Source: a virus (Duplodnaviria > Caudoviricetes). Taken from it: a stretch of 53,835 nucleotides of DNA. The position numbers and the translations under genes are program-made. The notes under the pieces are model-generated. The model was given only the letters and a program-made list of their open reading frames with translations. It made no database searches and was not told the DNA's origin. Shown piece by piece: positions 44,009 to 52,516 of the stretch. Position 1 is the stretch's first letter; each line of letters starts with the position of its first letter. The stretch covers positions 1 through 53,835 of IMG/VR virus record IMGVR_UViG_3300048599_000781; one strand, written 5' to 3'.

Positions 44009-45016
44009 ATGAAGATCTTCGCCCGCGCGGCCATCTGGCCGATCGCGATTGCGCTTGCGTGCGCCTCCAGCGCCTGGGCCGCGCCGCCCAAGCCGGTGGC
44101 GACCCCGTCCGGATATGTGCCGCAGAGCGCGGTGGCGTACGGGGAGCCGGGCCAGCCGGCGACGCCGGTCACGCCCGACACTCCTCTGCCGATCATCTGC
44201 ATCACCGGGTGCTCGGGCTCCGGGGGCGGCGGCTCGGGTGGGCCGACCAGCATCGCAGACGGCGCGGACCAGGCGCTGGGAGCTAAGTCGGATTCGGCGT
44301 GGTCCGGGACCGGCAACGCCTCGCTGATCGCGATCATGAAGGCGGTGCGCGGACAGCTCGCCGCGCCGCTCTCGGTGACGGGTACGTTCTGGCCGGCGAC
44401 GCAGCCGGTCTCGGCCGCGGCCCTGCCGCTGCCCAGCGGGGCGGCGACGGCGGCGGCGCAGGCGACGGGGAATGGGTCGCTGGCGGCGATCTATGCCGGT
44501 CTCGGCGCGGCGGCGGACGCGAGCTGCGCAACCGACGCCGGCGCCTGCTCGCAGATCGCCCTGCTGAAGCGCCAGAACGAGCGGCTGACGGCGGCGGTGA
44601 GCGCGCTGACGACGGCCAACGGCCATCTGGCGACGATCGCCGAGACCGCTGGATCAACCGAGCCGGCGGAAACCCAACTCTCGCCCTCAACGCCCTATTT
44701 CAACGCTGCGGCCGGCGAGACGAAATATCTCGTAGCGAGCGGCGCCGTCGTCCTGACCGACTATTTCGTCGAGAACCCGGACCCCGCGGCCAAAGCATAC
44801 CTTCAGTTTTTCAACGCGGCGTCCGCTGGGGCCGTGACCCTGGGGACCACGACGCCGGTTCGGTCCATCGGCCTTTCCGCGGGTGAGAAGGCGAACCTCT
44901 CGGGCCTGGCGCTCGTCTTTCCGCTTGGCCTGGTCGTGGCCGGCACGACGACGGCGACCGGCGCGAGCGCGCCGGCCACCGGCCTCGTCGTCAATCTTGG
45001 ATATCGGGGGAACTGA
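44009..45016 (+). CDS. Signal-peptide-bearing Ala/Gly/Thr-rich protein
   Basis: MKIFARAAIWPIAIALACASSAWA then APPK (AxA site); coiled coil; beta-rich C-terminus. Confidence 0.75.
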   Translation: MKIFARAAIWPIAIALACASSAWAAPPKPVATPSGYVPQSAVAYGEPGQPATPVTPDTPLPIICITGCSGSGGGGSGGPTSIADGADQALGAKSDSAWSGTGNASLIAIMKAVRGQLAAPLSVTGTFWPATQPVSAAALPLPSGAATAAAQATGNGSLAAIYAGLGAAADASCATDAGACSQIALLKRQNERLTAAVSALTTANGHLATIAETAGSTEPAETQLSPSTPYFNAAAGETKYLVASGAVVLTDYFVENPDPAAKAYLQFFNAASAGAVTLGTTTPVRSIGLSAGEKANLSGLALVFPLGLVVAGTTTATGASAPATGLVVNLGYRGN

Positions 45017-45723
45017 TGGGCCTCCTTCTGACGGGCGTGGGCGGCAAGTCGCAGCCGGCGCCCCAATCGCCGCCGTTCTTCCTGGCGGCCAAGGCCCTGT
45101 CCGTTGGGGCTCAGGTGCTCGAAGAGGCCACAGTCGCGTCAGCGCCGGCCGGCTCGCGGCTCTACGTCTACTTCGACACCCATTCCGCCATCGAGCCGAT
45201 CGGCATCGCCAACGGGCCTTCGGCGGGGCTTTCCTGGCAGTCCGCAGCCTCCATCAACCAGGGCGGCCGAAAGAAACTGTTCTGGGCCGATCTCGCCGCC
45301 GAGCTGGAGGCCGGCGAACTGCTCACCGCGACGGCGGGTCAGTCGGGTCGCCACGCCTTGCTGGCCTTCTGCGCCCCCGGCGGGGCGGGGTGGGTGTTGG
45401 ACGTGCGTCACGCGACTGGCCTGGCCGGGACGTTCACCGCGCCCTCAACCAATCAGCCGTCGATCACTTCCCCAGCTCTGACCGAGGCCAAAGCGAAGTT
45501 CGTCATCGGCATGGTCGAACTCGCCGGCGCCGCCGCCGCTTCGGAAATCACCGAGCCTGCGGGGTGGACCGGCATCGGCTCGACCCCGACCAGCACCCAC
45601 TGGCTGCTGCACCTGGCCTACCAGGTGGTCCCGGCCGGCGACGCCGCGCCGCGCACCTACAACCCGACCCTGTCGACCAACCGCAACTGGGTCACCGACA
45701 TCCTCGTGTTCCGGGAGCCCTGA
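45016..45723 (+). CDS. Beta-rich fibre/spike-like protein
   Basis: TGATG coupling; MGLLLTGVGG N-terminus; P.GWT motif. Confidence 0.65.
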   Translation: MGLLLTGVGGKSQPAPQSPPFFLAAKALSVGAQVLEEATVASAPAGSRLYVYFDTHSAIEPIGIANGPSAGLSWQSAASINQGGRKKLFWADLAAELEAGELLTATAGQSGRHALLAFCAPGGAGWVLDVRHATGLAGTFTAPSTNQPSITSPALTEAKAKFVIGMVELAGAAAASEITEPAGWTGIGSTPTSTHWLLHLAYQVVPAGDAAPRTYNPTLSTNRNWVTDILVFREP

Positions 45724-47981
45724 TGATGGCTGGCGCCAAGTTCAAGTTGGATCTCAAGAAGCGCCGAGGCGGCAGCGGCGCCGGGCCGGGAACGCCCGTC
45801 GCATCGCCAATGCCAGGGCCGCTATTTGCCGGCGCGTTCGGTCAAGGCTTCGCGAGCGGCATCCCTGCGGAGACGGTACGTGTCGAGGGCCAAGCATGCT
45901 GCGGCTTGTGGTCCCTCGACCCGGACTTCGAAACCATCTTCCAGCACCGCGAGATGATGTTCTGGGCGCGCGCCAAGGGGGGCATAGACCGGATCGAGCT
46001 GGTTCTGGAGGGCGGCGAAGCGGTCGTGGTTCGTGATCGAGTGACGCGGACCTGGACTGACGTGCTGGGGAATACGCGGACCGACAAGGTCTATGTGGTC
46101 CCGTTCGACCCAGCTCCGATCCTGGCGCTAGGGTTCGCCAACGTCGCGATGGCGTTGTCGGTCACGGCTTTCGCGAAGAACTCAGCGATCACGTCTCGGA
46201 CGCTCTATCGTCGGACCGTCTACGTCAGCGCGCAGGAGTACGCGCGGACGGTCAGTTGCGCTCTCACGCCAGGGTTTCCCGGCGCCGACTACATCGGCCT
46301 TGGCGCCGCGATGAACTTCATTTCACAAGCCGGCAACCGCGGAAGCCGTTCGCGTATCCTGCTCATTGAAGACGGCGAATACGCCTACGGCCCGATCGCG
46401 TCGATCTGGGATGATCCGGGTGAGTGGCCGACGATCCAGGTGGCGCAGGGTGTGAACGCCGTCATCGGCGGCGGACTTGTCGGCGGTGTCCCTTCGCGCT
46501 CGAACCTTGGGGCGACCTGGTTCAAGGGCAACATCGGTACGCCTCTGGTCATTGATCGCAGCCGGCTCGGCTACACCGGCGGCACGCCATTCACCCTTCG
46601 CCAGCAGTCGGAAGGCCGACTTGCCTTTGAGGGCTGCCGGTTCATCGCCTCGGAGTTGGGCGGGCCTGATGTGGGCGGCGTGCCGCAGGTCGGGTCGGGT
46701 GTGGGCAAGTATGCCTTGATCAACGGTCGCCAGACGACGCCGCAATGGATTTTCACGGACGCTTCGGCCGCCGACAACCACAAGCGCAACACCTACTTCA
46801 TGGAGTGCGACGGCGACCCCGTGAACGGACTGCCGGCTGGCGCGATCAGCCGCTACAGCCTGGCGCGCTACTGCGACATGCCGGACGTCTCCGGCTCGGC
46901 CTACGAGTGTTCACAGCGCCATGCGATGACGTGGCGCTGCCGCAGTCGAGGCGCCGGCGGCTATACCTCTGGACTGCGCCTCAAGAACCCCGCTTTCACC
47001 GTGACCTATACTGGAACGGGGGCGGCGCAGTTCGCGGTGGCGGGCGCCAATGGTGGGGTGACGTCAATCAGCTTGATCGTCGACGGCGTGGCGTCGACCT
47101 ATACGGTCTACCACTCTGCGGCCAACCGCAGTTGGAGCGTCTCGGCGTTCGTCGCCTGGGCGAACACCCAGCCGGGCTGGCAGTTGATCGAGCCGGAGAC
47201 GCCGTGCCGCCTGTCTATCGAGTTCCTGTCGCGCCCGGAGTTGGTGCCGGCCAGCCCCTTCGGGACGGTGAACATGACACGGAACGTGCCTGTTGAATGC
47301 ATCAGCCGGATGGACATCCACGCCGTTTCGCTTCCGATGTCATGGTCGGGAGTGGGCGGCCAGGGCGCGGGCGTGGAGAATGTTTGCGTCTTCGGCTTTG
47401 ACGGCAAAATGATCGGAGCTGCGCCGATCGCCTGCGGCGACGGCCACCGCCGCGACGTCTTCATTGAGAACTCGTCCTGGGTTGACTGTGGCCTGGGGTG
47501 GGTCGATCCGCTCACCGGCCTAGCCGATCCGATCCAGCCTCAAAGCGGCTACCTGAAGGCCATCCAGGATGAACATGTCGTCCAGCGGGCGGTGTCATTC
47601 GTCAACTCCGACTGGAACGCCGGTTCGGGCTACTCGAGCCTGGGCCATAACGTCGTTGATCGCGTCATCGGGTTGAACATCAGCCCGCAGGGGGCGGCTC
47701 TAACAGCTCCGGGCGTGGGCCGGACGCATGCGAACTGCGTCTCGTTCAAACAAACGGACGGCTGGTTTGCGACGCTCGGGGCGGTCAACTCGAAGGGCTA
47801 TGGCTCGGGCGTGACCGGCGTCAGCACGATCACCGTCGAGGATGTGTTCGACGATCCGTACGGCGACGACGCCCGGCCGAAGGCGCAAAGCTCAACGGCC
47901 GGAGCGAGGTTGCCTGATGGGACCTACAGCGGAAGGTATCGGCCCGACGGCTCGGAGTTGTTCGAAGAGTATTTCGCGTAA
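45723..47981 (+). CDS. Large fibre/depolymerase-like protein (possible beta-helix)
   Basis: TGATG coupling; ILLIEDGEY motif typical of pectin-lyase-fold starts; Gly/Ser/Asn-rich. Confidence 0.6.
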   Translation: MMAGAKFKLDLKKRRGGSGAGPGTPVASPMPGPLFAGAFGQGFASGIPAETVRVEGQACCGLWSLDPDFETIFQHREMMFWARAKGGIDRIELVLEGGEAVVVRDRVTRTWTDVLGNTRTDKVYVVPFDPAPILALGFANVAMALSVTAFAKNSAITSRTLYRRTVYVSAQEYARTVSCALTPGFPGADYIGLGAAMNFISQAGNRGSRSRILLIEDGEYAYGPIASIWDDPGEWPTIQVAQGVNAVIGGGLVGGVPSRSNLGATWFKGNIGTPLVIDRSRLGYTGGTPFTLRQQSEGRLAFEGCRFIASELGGPDVGGVPQVGSGVGKYALINGRQTTPQWIFTDASAADNHKRNTYFMECDGDPVNGLPAGAISRYSLARYCDMPDVSGSAYECSQRHAMTWRCRSRGAGGYTSGLRLKNPAFTVTYTGTGAAQFAVAGANGGVTSISLIVDGVASTYTVYHSAANRSWSVSAFVAWANTQPGWQLIEPETPCRLSIEFLSRPELVPASPFGTVNMTRNVPVECISRMDIHAVSLPMSWSGVGGQGAGVENVCVFGFDGKMIGAAPIACGDGHRRDVFIENSSWVDCGLGWVDPLTGLADPIQPQSGYLKAIQDEHVVQRAVSFVNSDWNAGSGYSSLGHNVVDRVIGLNISPQGAALTAPGVGRTHANCVSFKQTDGWFATLGAVNSKGYGSGVTGVSTITVEDVFDDPYGDDARPKAQSSTAGARLPDGTYSGRYRPDGSELFEEYFA

Positions 47982-48505
47982 CGGCGGCGCAGGGTGCTCC
48001 CCGCCAGCCCGAAACCGATGATCATCATCGCCCAGGTCGCGGGTTCAGGAACGGGCGCGGGAGCGGGGCCGGGGCTAAGTCCGTCGATCGTGATGCAGCC
48101 GCGGCATCTAATCCAGTTTGGGCCATCGGAGATGGATACGTTGCGCAGAGACTCAATGTTTCCGTCGCCGATCGGACCGCCAAAGAACGAGAGCCAGAAG
48201 TAGCTGGGCTGATCGTCGGCGTTGAAGTGGGCACCGGAATACTCGTTGAGGTCGGCCAGGGTCCAGGACTTGGTTCCCGTGACCATGGTGAAGGCTACGA
48301 ACGGGTTCGCCGCCTCGCTATCGAGAGTCAGCGAGCCTGTGAAGCTCGGCTGGTCAGTCATTCCGAACGGGCTCTGCGTTCCCGCCGCCTGATCCCACAA
48401 GCCCCCGGTGACAGTGAAATTGACGATGGTCGTGAGGGCGAGCGCTGGGGAACCTGTCCCCATCATCAAGGCGGCGACGGCCACCGTGGCCAGATGTTTG
48501 ATCAT
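47924..48505 (-). CDS. Prophage-borne PEPxxWA-CTERM surface protein
   Basis: Signal peptide ending PALA; C-terminal VPEPATWAMMIIGFGLAGSTLRRR; TTGACA upstream (48552-48557, minus strand). Confidence 0.9.
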   Translation of the reverse strand: MIKHLATVAVAALMMGTGSPALALTTIVNFTVTGGLWDQAAGTQSPFGMTDQPSFTGSLTLDSEAANPFVAFTMVTGTKSWTLADLNEYSGAHFNADDQPSYFWLSFFGGPIGDGNIESLRNVSISDGPNWIRCRGCITIDGLSPGPAPAPVPEPATWAMMIIGFGLAGSTLRRRYAKYSSNNSEPSGRYLPL

Positions 48506-48629
48506 CGTTAACCCTCCGAGCTGAGGGCAGGTGAGTCCTGCAAGTTGCAGTTGTCAAGCGCTCGCCCGCGCGCGGCGAGCGGCGCTCGCTGCGCGCATTC
48601 GACATTTCTTTGAGAAAAGGGGACTTCAA

Positions 48630-48971
48630 ATGGGGCTCGATCCCGAGCGCCTGACCGCGGCGCTGTCGGCGCTGGCGGGCGGGGCGTTCTATGGCCTGGT
48701 CAATGCGGCCGGGCTGCTGATGGCCGGCCAGCCGATCGGCCGGCAGGACCTGTTGCGGGCGGCGCTGAACGCGGCGTGCGCGATGATCGGCGGCCTGCTG
48801 GTCGCCTATTTCCTGCAGCCGAACATCGCCGCTTTCGTGCCGTGGGAGAGCCTGCGCGACGCCCATGGCCTCGGATTCGTGATCGGGGCGTTCGCCTGGG
48901 TGCTGGCGCCGGCCGCCTACAAGCTGGTGCGGGCCTGGGGCGAGCGCCAGGTGCGGGAGCGGGCGAAATGA
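48630..48971 (+). CDS. Putative holin
   Basis: Three hydrophobic segments, basic tail, upstream of the endolysin. Confidence 0.65.
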   Translation: MGLDPERLTAALSALAGGAFYGLVNAAGLLMAGQPIGRQDLLRAALNAACAMIGGLLVAYFLQPNIAAFVPWESLRDAHGLGFVIGAFAWVLAPAAYKLVRAWGERQVRERAK

Positions 48972-49273
48972 CCGCGCTCGGCCTTCCCCTGGTCGACGTC
49001 TGGGCGGCGACGGCGGCGGCCGTGGCGGCTGTGGCGCTCGGCCTGCGCGCGGACCTGCTCAAGCCGGAGCGCGAGGCGTTCTTCAGCGGTCCGGCGCTCG
49101 TGCGGCTGTCGATCATGCTGGTGTCGATCACCCTGGGCGGCCGGGTGGTCAGCATCGTCAAGAGCGCGGCCCATGCCAGCGCGCCCGAGGCGCTGGTCTA
49201 CTCGGCCCTGGCGCTGGCTTCGGTCGCCCTGCTGGTCAACCTGCAGCGCCAGCGGCCGGAGGCGGAGCGATGA
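48968..49273 (+). CDS. Second membrane lysis protein (holin/antiholin candidate)
   Basis: Three hydrophobic segments; ATGA coupling. Confidence 0.6.
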   Translation: MTALGLPLVDVWAATAAAVAAVALGLRADLLKPEREAFFSGPALVRLSIMLVSITLGGRVVSIVKSAAHASAPEALVYSALALASVALLVNLQRQRPEAER

Positions 49274-49884
49274 CGGGCGCGCTGATCACGGCGGCCCAGC
49301 TCCAGCGCTTCGCCCCGCGCTGCGATGTCCTGGCCATGGCGCCGGCGCTGGATGCGGCGTGCCGGCGGTTCGAGATCACGACGCCGCGGCGGCTGCGCCA
49401 TTTCCTCGGCCAGGTGCATCACGAGAGCATGGGGCTGACGCGGCTGGAGGAGGCGTTGAGCTACAGCGCCGACCGGCTGTGTGAGGTCTGGCCTGGGCGC
49501 TTTCCGAGCGTGGCCAGCGCCGCGCCCTACGCCCGCAATCCGCGCGCCCTGGCGAACAAGGTCTATGGCGGGCGCCTGGGCAATGTCGGCCCCGATGACG
49601 GCTGGCGCTATCGCGGCCGGGGCCTGCTGATGACGACGGGTCGCCAGAACTATTTCGACTCGAGCATCTGGACCGGGCTCGACCTGGTGGCGCAGCCCGA
49701 GCTGCTGGGCGAGCCGAAGGCGGCGGCCCAGGCCGCGGCGGCCTATTGGAACCGCAGGGGCTGCAACGCCCTGGCTGACCGTGACGACATCGAGCTGATC
49801 ACCCGGCGGATCAATGGTGGGCTGATCGGCCTGGCCGACCGCCGGACCCAGACGCAGCGCGCCGGGCTGATCTGGCGCGAGTGA
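49270..49884 (+). CDS. Endolysin, glycoside hydrolase family 19
   Basis: HES...EE, YRGRG...TG..NY, RRINGG..GL.DR. Confidence 0.92.
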   Translation: MTGALITAAQLQRFAPRCDVLAMAPALDAACRRFEITTPRRLRHFLGQVHHESMGLTRLEEALSYSADRLCEVWPGRFPSVASAAPYARNPRALANKVYGGRLGNVGPDDGWRYRGRGLLMTTGRQNYFDSSIWTGLDLVAQPELLGEPKAAAQAAAAYWNRRGCNALADRDDIELITRRINGGLIGLADRRTQTQRAGLIWRE

Positions 49885-49940
49885 CGATCCGCCCGTTCGG
49901 GCGCCCCGCCGGCGGGCCTGCCGGACCCTAAGAGGACAAT

Positions 49941-50198
49941 ATGAGACTCTCTGTGATCGCGGCGTGCTGCGCCGCGCTGAGCCTTGGCGCATGTGCGTCG
50001 AGCCCGGCCGCCCTGGTCGAGGGCGTGCGCGCGCTGAACGACGGCTGCGACCGGGAGGTCGAGGCCATGATGACGTTCGCCTCGCCCATGCCGCCCAGCG
50101 GGACGGTGAAGATCGTGAAGACCTGCCGGGCGGCGGCCTCGGCCGAGGCGGTTGCGTCGTCCCCGGCGGCCGAGATCCCGGCCGCGTCCGAGCCGTGA
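49941..50198 (+). CDS. Lipoprotein (o-spanin candidate)
   Basis: Lipobox LGAC; follows the endolysin. Confidence 0.6.
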   Translation: MRLSVIAACCAALSLGACASSPAALVEGVRALNDGCDREVEAMMTFASPMPPSGTVKIVKTCRAAASAEAVASSPAAEIPAASEP

Positions 50199-50629
50199 GC
50201 AGCTTCACCGAGGCGCGCTGGGAGCGGGTCTATCTGCCGGACGGCCGGCCGAAGACCCGCGGCGGCCGGCCGGTCTTCGCGATCCGCGGCGCGGGTCGCG
50301 ACGGCTTCCGGTACGAGATCGGCTTCGTGGGCTCGGGCCTCAGCGTGCATGTGCCCGAGGGGTTCGAGACCGACGTGGTGAGCGATCCGACCGGCGTGCT
50401 GGCGCTGGTCGGGGCCACGCGGCGGATGATCAAGTCCAGCGCCGTCCACGACTGCCTGCGCGAGGACCTGCGGTTCACCAAGTTGCAGAGCGACGCGGTG
50501 TTCCTGATGGCGATGGAGACCGAGGGGACCGACCCGCTCTGGCGGGAGGTGGCGTTCAACGCGGTGCGGCTCAATCAGAGCCGAACGCAGCACCAGGAGG
50601 GGCCGGCGGTCGATTGGCCGCCGTACTGA
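50195..50629 (+). CDS. DUF1353-like protein
   Basis: VPEGFETD..S.P, AVHD.L, D.VF..AM, AVR. Confidence 0.75.
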   Translation: MSSFTEARWERVYLPDGRPKTRGGRPVFAIRGAGRDGFRYEIGFVGSGLSVHVPEGFETDVVSDPTGVLALVGATRRMIKSSAVHDCLREDLRFTKLQSDAVFLMAMETEGTDPLWREVAFNAVRLNQSRTQHQEGPAVDWPPY

Positions 50630-50664
50630 TCTTGCAGACGCGCCGCATCGGCGTTCTCAGCTAT

Positions 50665-50696
50665 GGCCCCGCTGGCTCCGGCCGGCGGGGCCTTTT
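50665..50696 (+). terminator. Late-operon intrinsic terminator
   Basis: GGCCCCGCTGGC-TCCG-GCCGGCGGGGCC-TTTT. Confidence 0.8.
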
Positions 50697-50782
50697 GTCA
50701 TTGAAGCTCCGAAAATCGCCGCCTGTCGAACAAATCCGATACGTCAGAAAGTGGCGGATTTCCTTCCACGTCCGAGCGGCCA

Positions 50783-51085
50783 TCAACTCCGATCAAAACC
50801 GCTGTCCGGCCAGGGCCGCCGAACGAGCCCATACCGTTTGCTGCTCTCACGATCCGCGAGCACGTAGGGCAGGAAGTGCTGGGTGAAGTCGTCGCCGGTC
50901 ATCACCTTGATCGTGTACGCGGTCCCCTCGTAGGCGCCTGTGTGGGCGAACATCAGATAGCCCCACCAGCGCGCTTCGTGCTCCGTGATTTGGTGCTCGG
51001 CGTGCGCCGCCTTCAGGCTCTCGATCACCTCGGCCGGCATGTCGGTCATGATCGAGCGAATTTCGGAGCCGGTGTGCTGTTTCAT
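50783..51085 (-). CDS. Hypothetical protein
   Basis: 100-aa ORF with protein-like composition. Confidence 0.5.
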   Translation of the reverse strand: MKQHTGSEIRSIMTDMPAEVIESLKAAHAEHQITEHEARWWGYLMFAHTGAYEGTAYTIKVMTGDDFTQHFLPYVLADRESSKRYGLVRRPWPDSGFDRS

Positions 51086-51215
51086 GGGCCGAGGTCATAG
51101 CCGCGCCGCTCCGTGATTCGCGAGCCGGCCCCATCTCTCTTTGGGACCGGGAAGCGCGCAGGGGCCGCGACGATATTCACAGCCAGCGACCAACACTGAT
51201 ATGGTGTCGAAACGG

Positions 51216-51318
51216 GCCTGCCACCCTGAGGTCTTGCGATACTCGCGAGGCCGTTTGAGGGGTGGCGGGCGCGGCGTTTAAGGGGTGTCGATCCCACCCT
51301 CGACACCCCACGCGCCGC
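51216..51318 (+). ncRNA. Candidate structured RNA or REP-like element
   Basis: Two adjacent long hairpins; G-U pairs form on the + strand. Confidence 0.35.
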
Positions 51319-51352
51319 AGGATTGGGCTTTCTCGGCTGGGGGCGCCCCCGA

Positions 51353-51553
51353 TCAGATCGAAACCTCGACCTGGCCGATCTCGGAGCAGGCGCTGCACCG
51401 CAGGCGCCGCTTGATATCCTCGAGGGTCGCGTCATCGCCGAACACCTGCGCCACTTCGGCCTGGCTGAACGAGCCTTGGTGTCCGCAGCGGCATTTGACC
51501 TGCAGGCGGTCATGGTAGCGCATCACTGCAATCGGGGTGTCTGACCTGGCCAT
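51353..51553 (-). CDS. 66-aa Zn-ribbon protein
   Basis: VKCRCGH...RRLRCSAC; ATG 2 nt after the upstream stop. Confidence 0.75.
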   Translation of the reverse strand: MARSDTPIAVMRYHDRLQVKCRCGHQGSFSQAEVAQVFGDDATLEDIKRRLRCSACSEIGQVEVSI

Positions 51554-51555
51554 GA

Positions 51556-52152
51556 TCAGGCGACCAGCCCGCGATCGAGATCTCGGCGGCGCTGGGCGTC
51601 CGCGATGCGTTGGTCCAGTTCCTTGCGCCAGTGGGGGAATGGGTTCTGGGCCGGATCGTGCCAGGGGAACATGACGTCCCACCTGCTGGCGTTGCATTTG
51701 GCGCAGGGGCCGGTGATCAGTTTTCCGATGTTCTTGATGGATGTCGCCGCATCGGCCTTGCCATGCTCGACGAGCTGGCGCAGCAACGCCGCCGGCGTTG
51801 TCATCCGCTTTCCTCCGCACCCCATACATCTGACCAGGGCGCCCACATTGGCCATGCCGGCGAGCTGGCCGAGCGTGATCGTCAGGCTAGGTTCCTCTCT
51901 GAACTCCATCGCGCAGCCGTCGAGCTTGTTGCAGCGGAGCGCCCGCATGATCTGGGCGGCCGAGACGTCGGCCAGGCCCTGCTTGAGGAGCCGGTCGTAC
52001 TCGAAACGATAGGTGCGCCTGCATTCCTGTGTCTGGCATCGGCCGACGACGTTGCAGCGCCGCTGATAGTAGCCGAGCACTGTCGACACCTCGGCGATGT
52101 AGCCGGCGTCGATCGTCCAGCCCTTCGGCGGGAATTGTCCGCTTCCGCTCAT
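51556..52152 (-). CDS. Tandem Zn-ribbon protein, LexA-boxed
   Basis: CQTQEC...LRCNKLDGC and CMGC...GPCAKC pairs. Confidence 0.8.
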   Translation of the reverse strand: MSGSGQFPPKGWTIDAGYIAEVSTVLGYYQRRCNVVGRCQTQECRRTYRFEYDRLLKQGLADVSAAQIMRALRCNKLDGCAMEFREEPSLTITLGQLAGMANVGALVRCMGCGGKRMTTPAALLRQLVEHGKADAATSIKNIGKLITGPCAKCNASRWDVMFPWHDPAQNPFPHWRKELDQRIADAQRRRDLDRGLVA

Positions 52153-52163
52153 GTGGCGGACGT

Positions 52164-52189
52164 GAACAAATTTGGAACATCGGAGTCAA
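52164..52189 (-). promoter_or_regulatory. Alphaproteobacterial SOS box GTTC-N7-GTTC within a promoter
   Basis: GAAC-AAATTTG-GAAC at 52164-52178 (+ strand); minus-strand TTGACT -35 at 52184-52189; ATG at 52152. Confidence 0.85.
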
Positions 52190-52308
52190 GCGGCGCAGCG
52201 CCACGAACGGCGTTCGCGGCGGCGCATCCGTTGCGGCGCCAGGGCTGGCTCGTGTTGTCGCAGGCCCGATCTAACAGGCGATCGCCAAGGTGGGGACAGC
52301 TTGAAGCA

Positions 52309-52323
52309 GCCCCCAGCTACCAA
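52309..52323 (+). repeat. attR core GCCCCCAGCTACCAA
   Basis: Identical to 45-59; phage-like genes end here. Confidence 0.9.
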
Positions 52324-52516
52324 CGCTCTGCATGTTGCGTTCGCAGGCTGTTTCTCTTCTTCGATGAGCCGAGCCAGGGCGCCGTGGACCACACGCCGAC
52401 AGGCCCGCCCCAGCTTCGTTGCGAAGCCAGCCGAACCTCTGGAGCTGATCCTGATTGACCCCGGTCAATCGGTGCGACGGCCGACTCGCCGACTATGCGC
52501 CGGAGAGGGCGCGCTG

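Larger units (their letters stand above)
45..52323. mobile_element. Complete lambda-like temperate prophage (~52.3 kb) in tRNA-Met
   Basis: Integrase, CI/Cro, replication, terminase, head, tail and lysis modules lie in canonical order between two identical 15-bp repeats. Confidence 0.95.

Noticed and set aside
50728-50742. GAAC-N7-ATAC as a second SOS box
   Set aside because: Two mismatches in one half-site and it lies between convergent gene ends.
51189-51205. ACCA...TGGT as an extra CI operator
   Set aside because: The spacer is 9 nt, not 7.
51196-51213. CTGATAT...GAAAC resembling a hammerhead ribozyme core
   Set aside because: The core needs CUGANGA and a stem II; neither is present.
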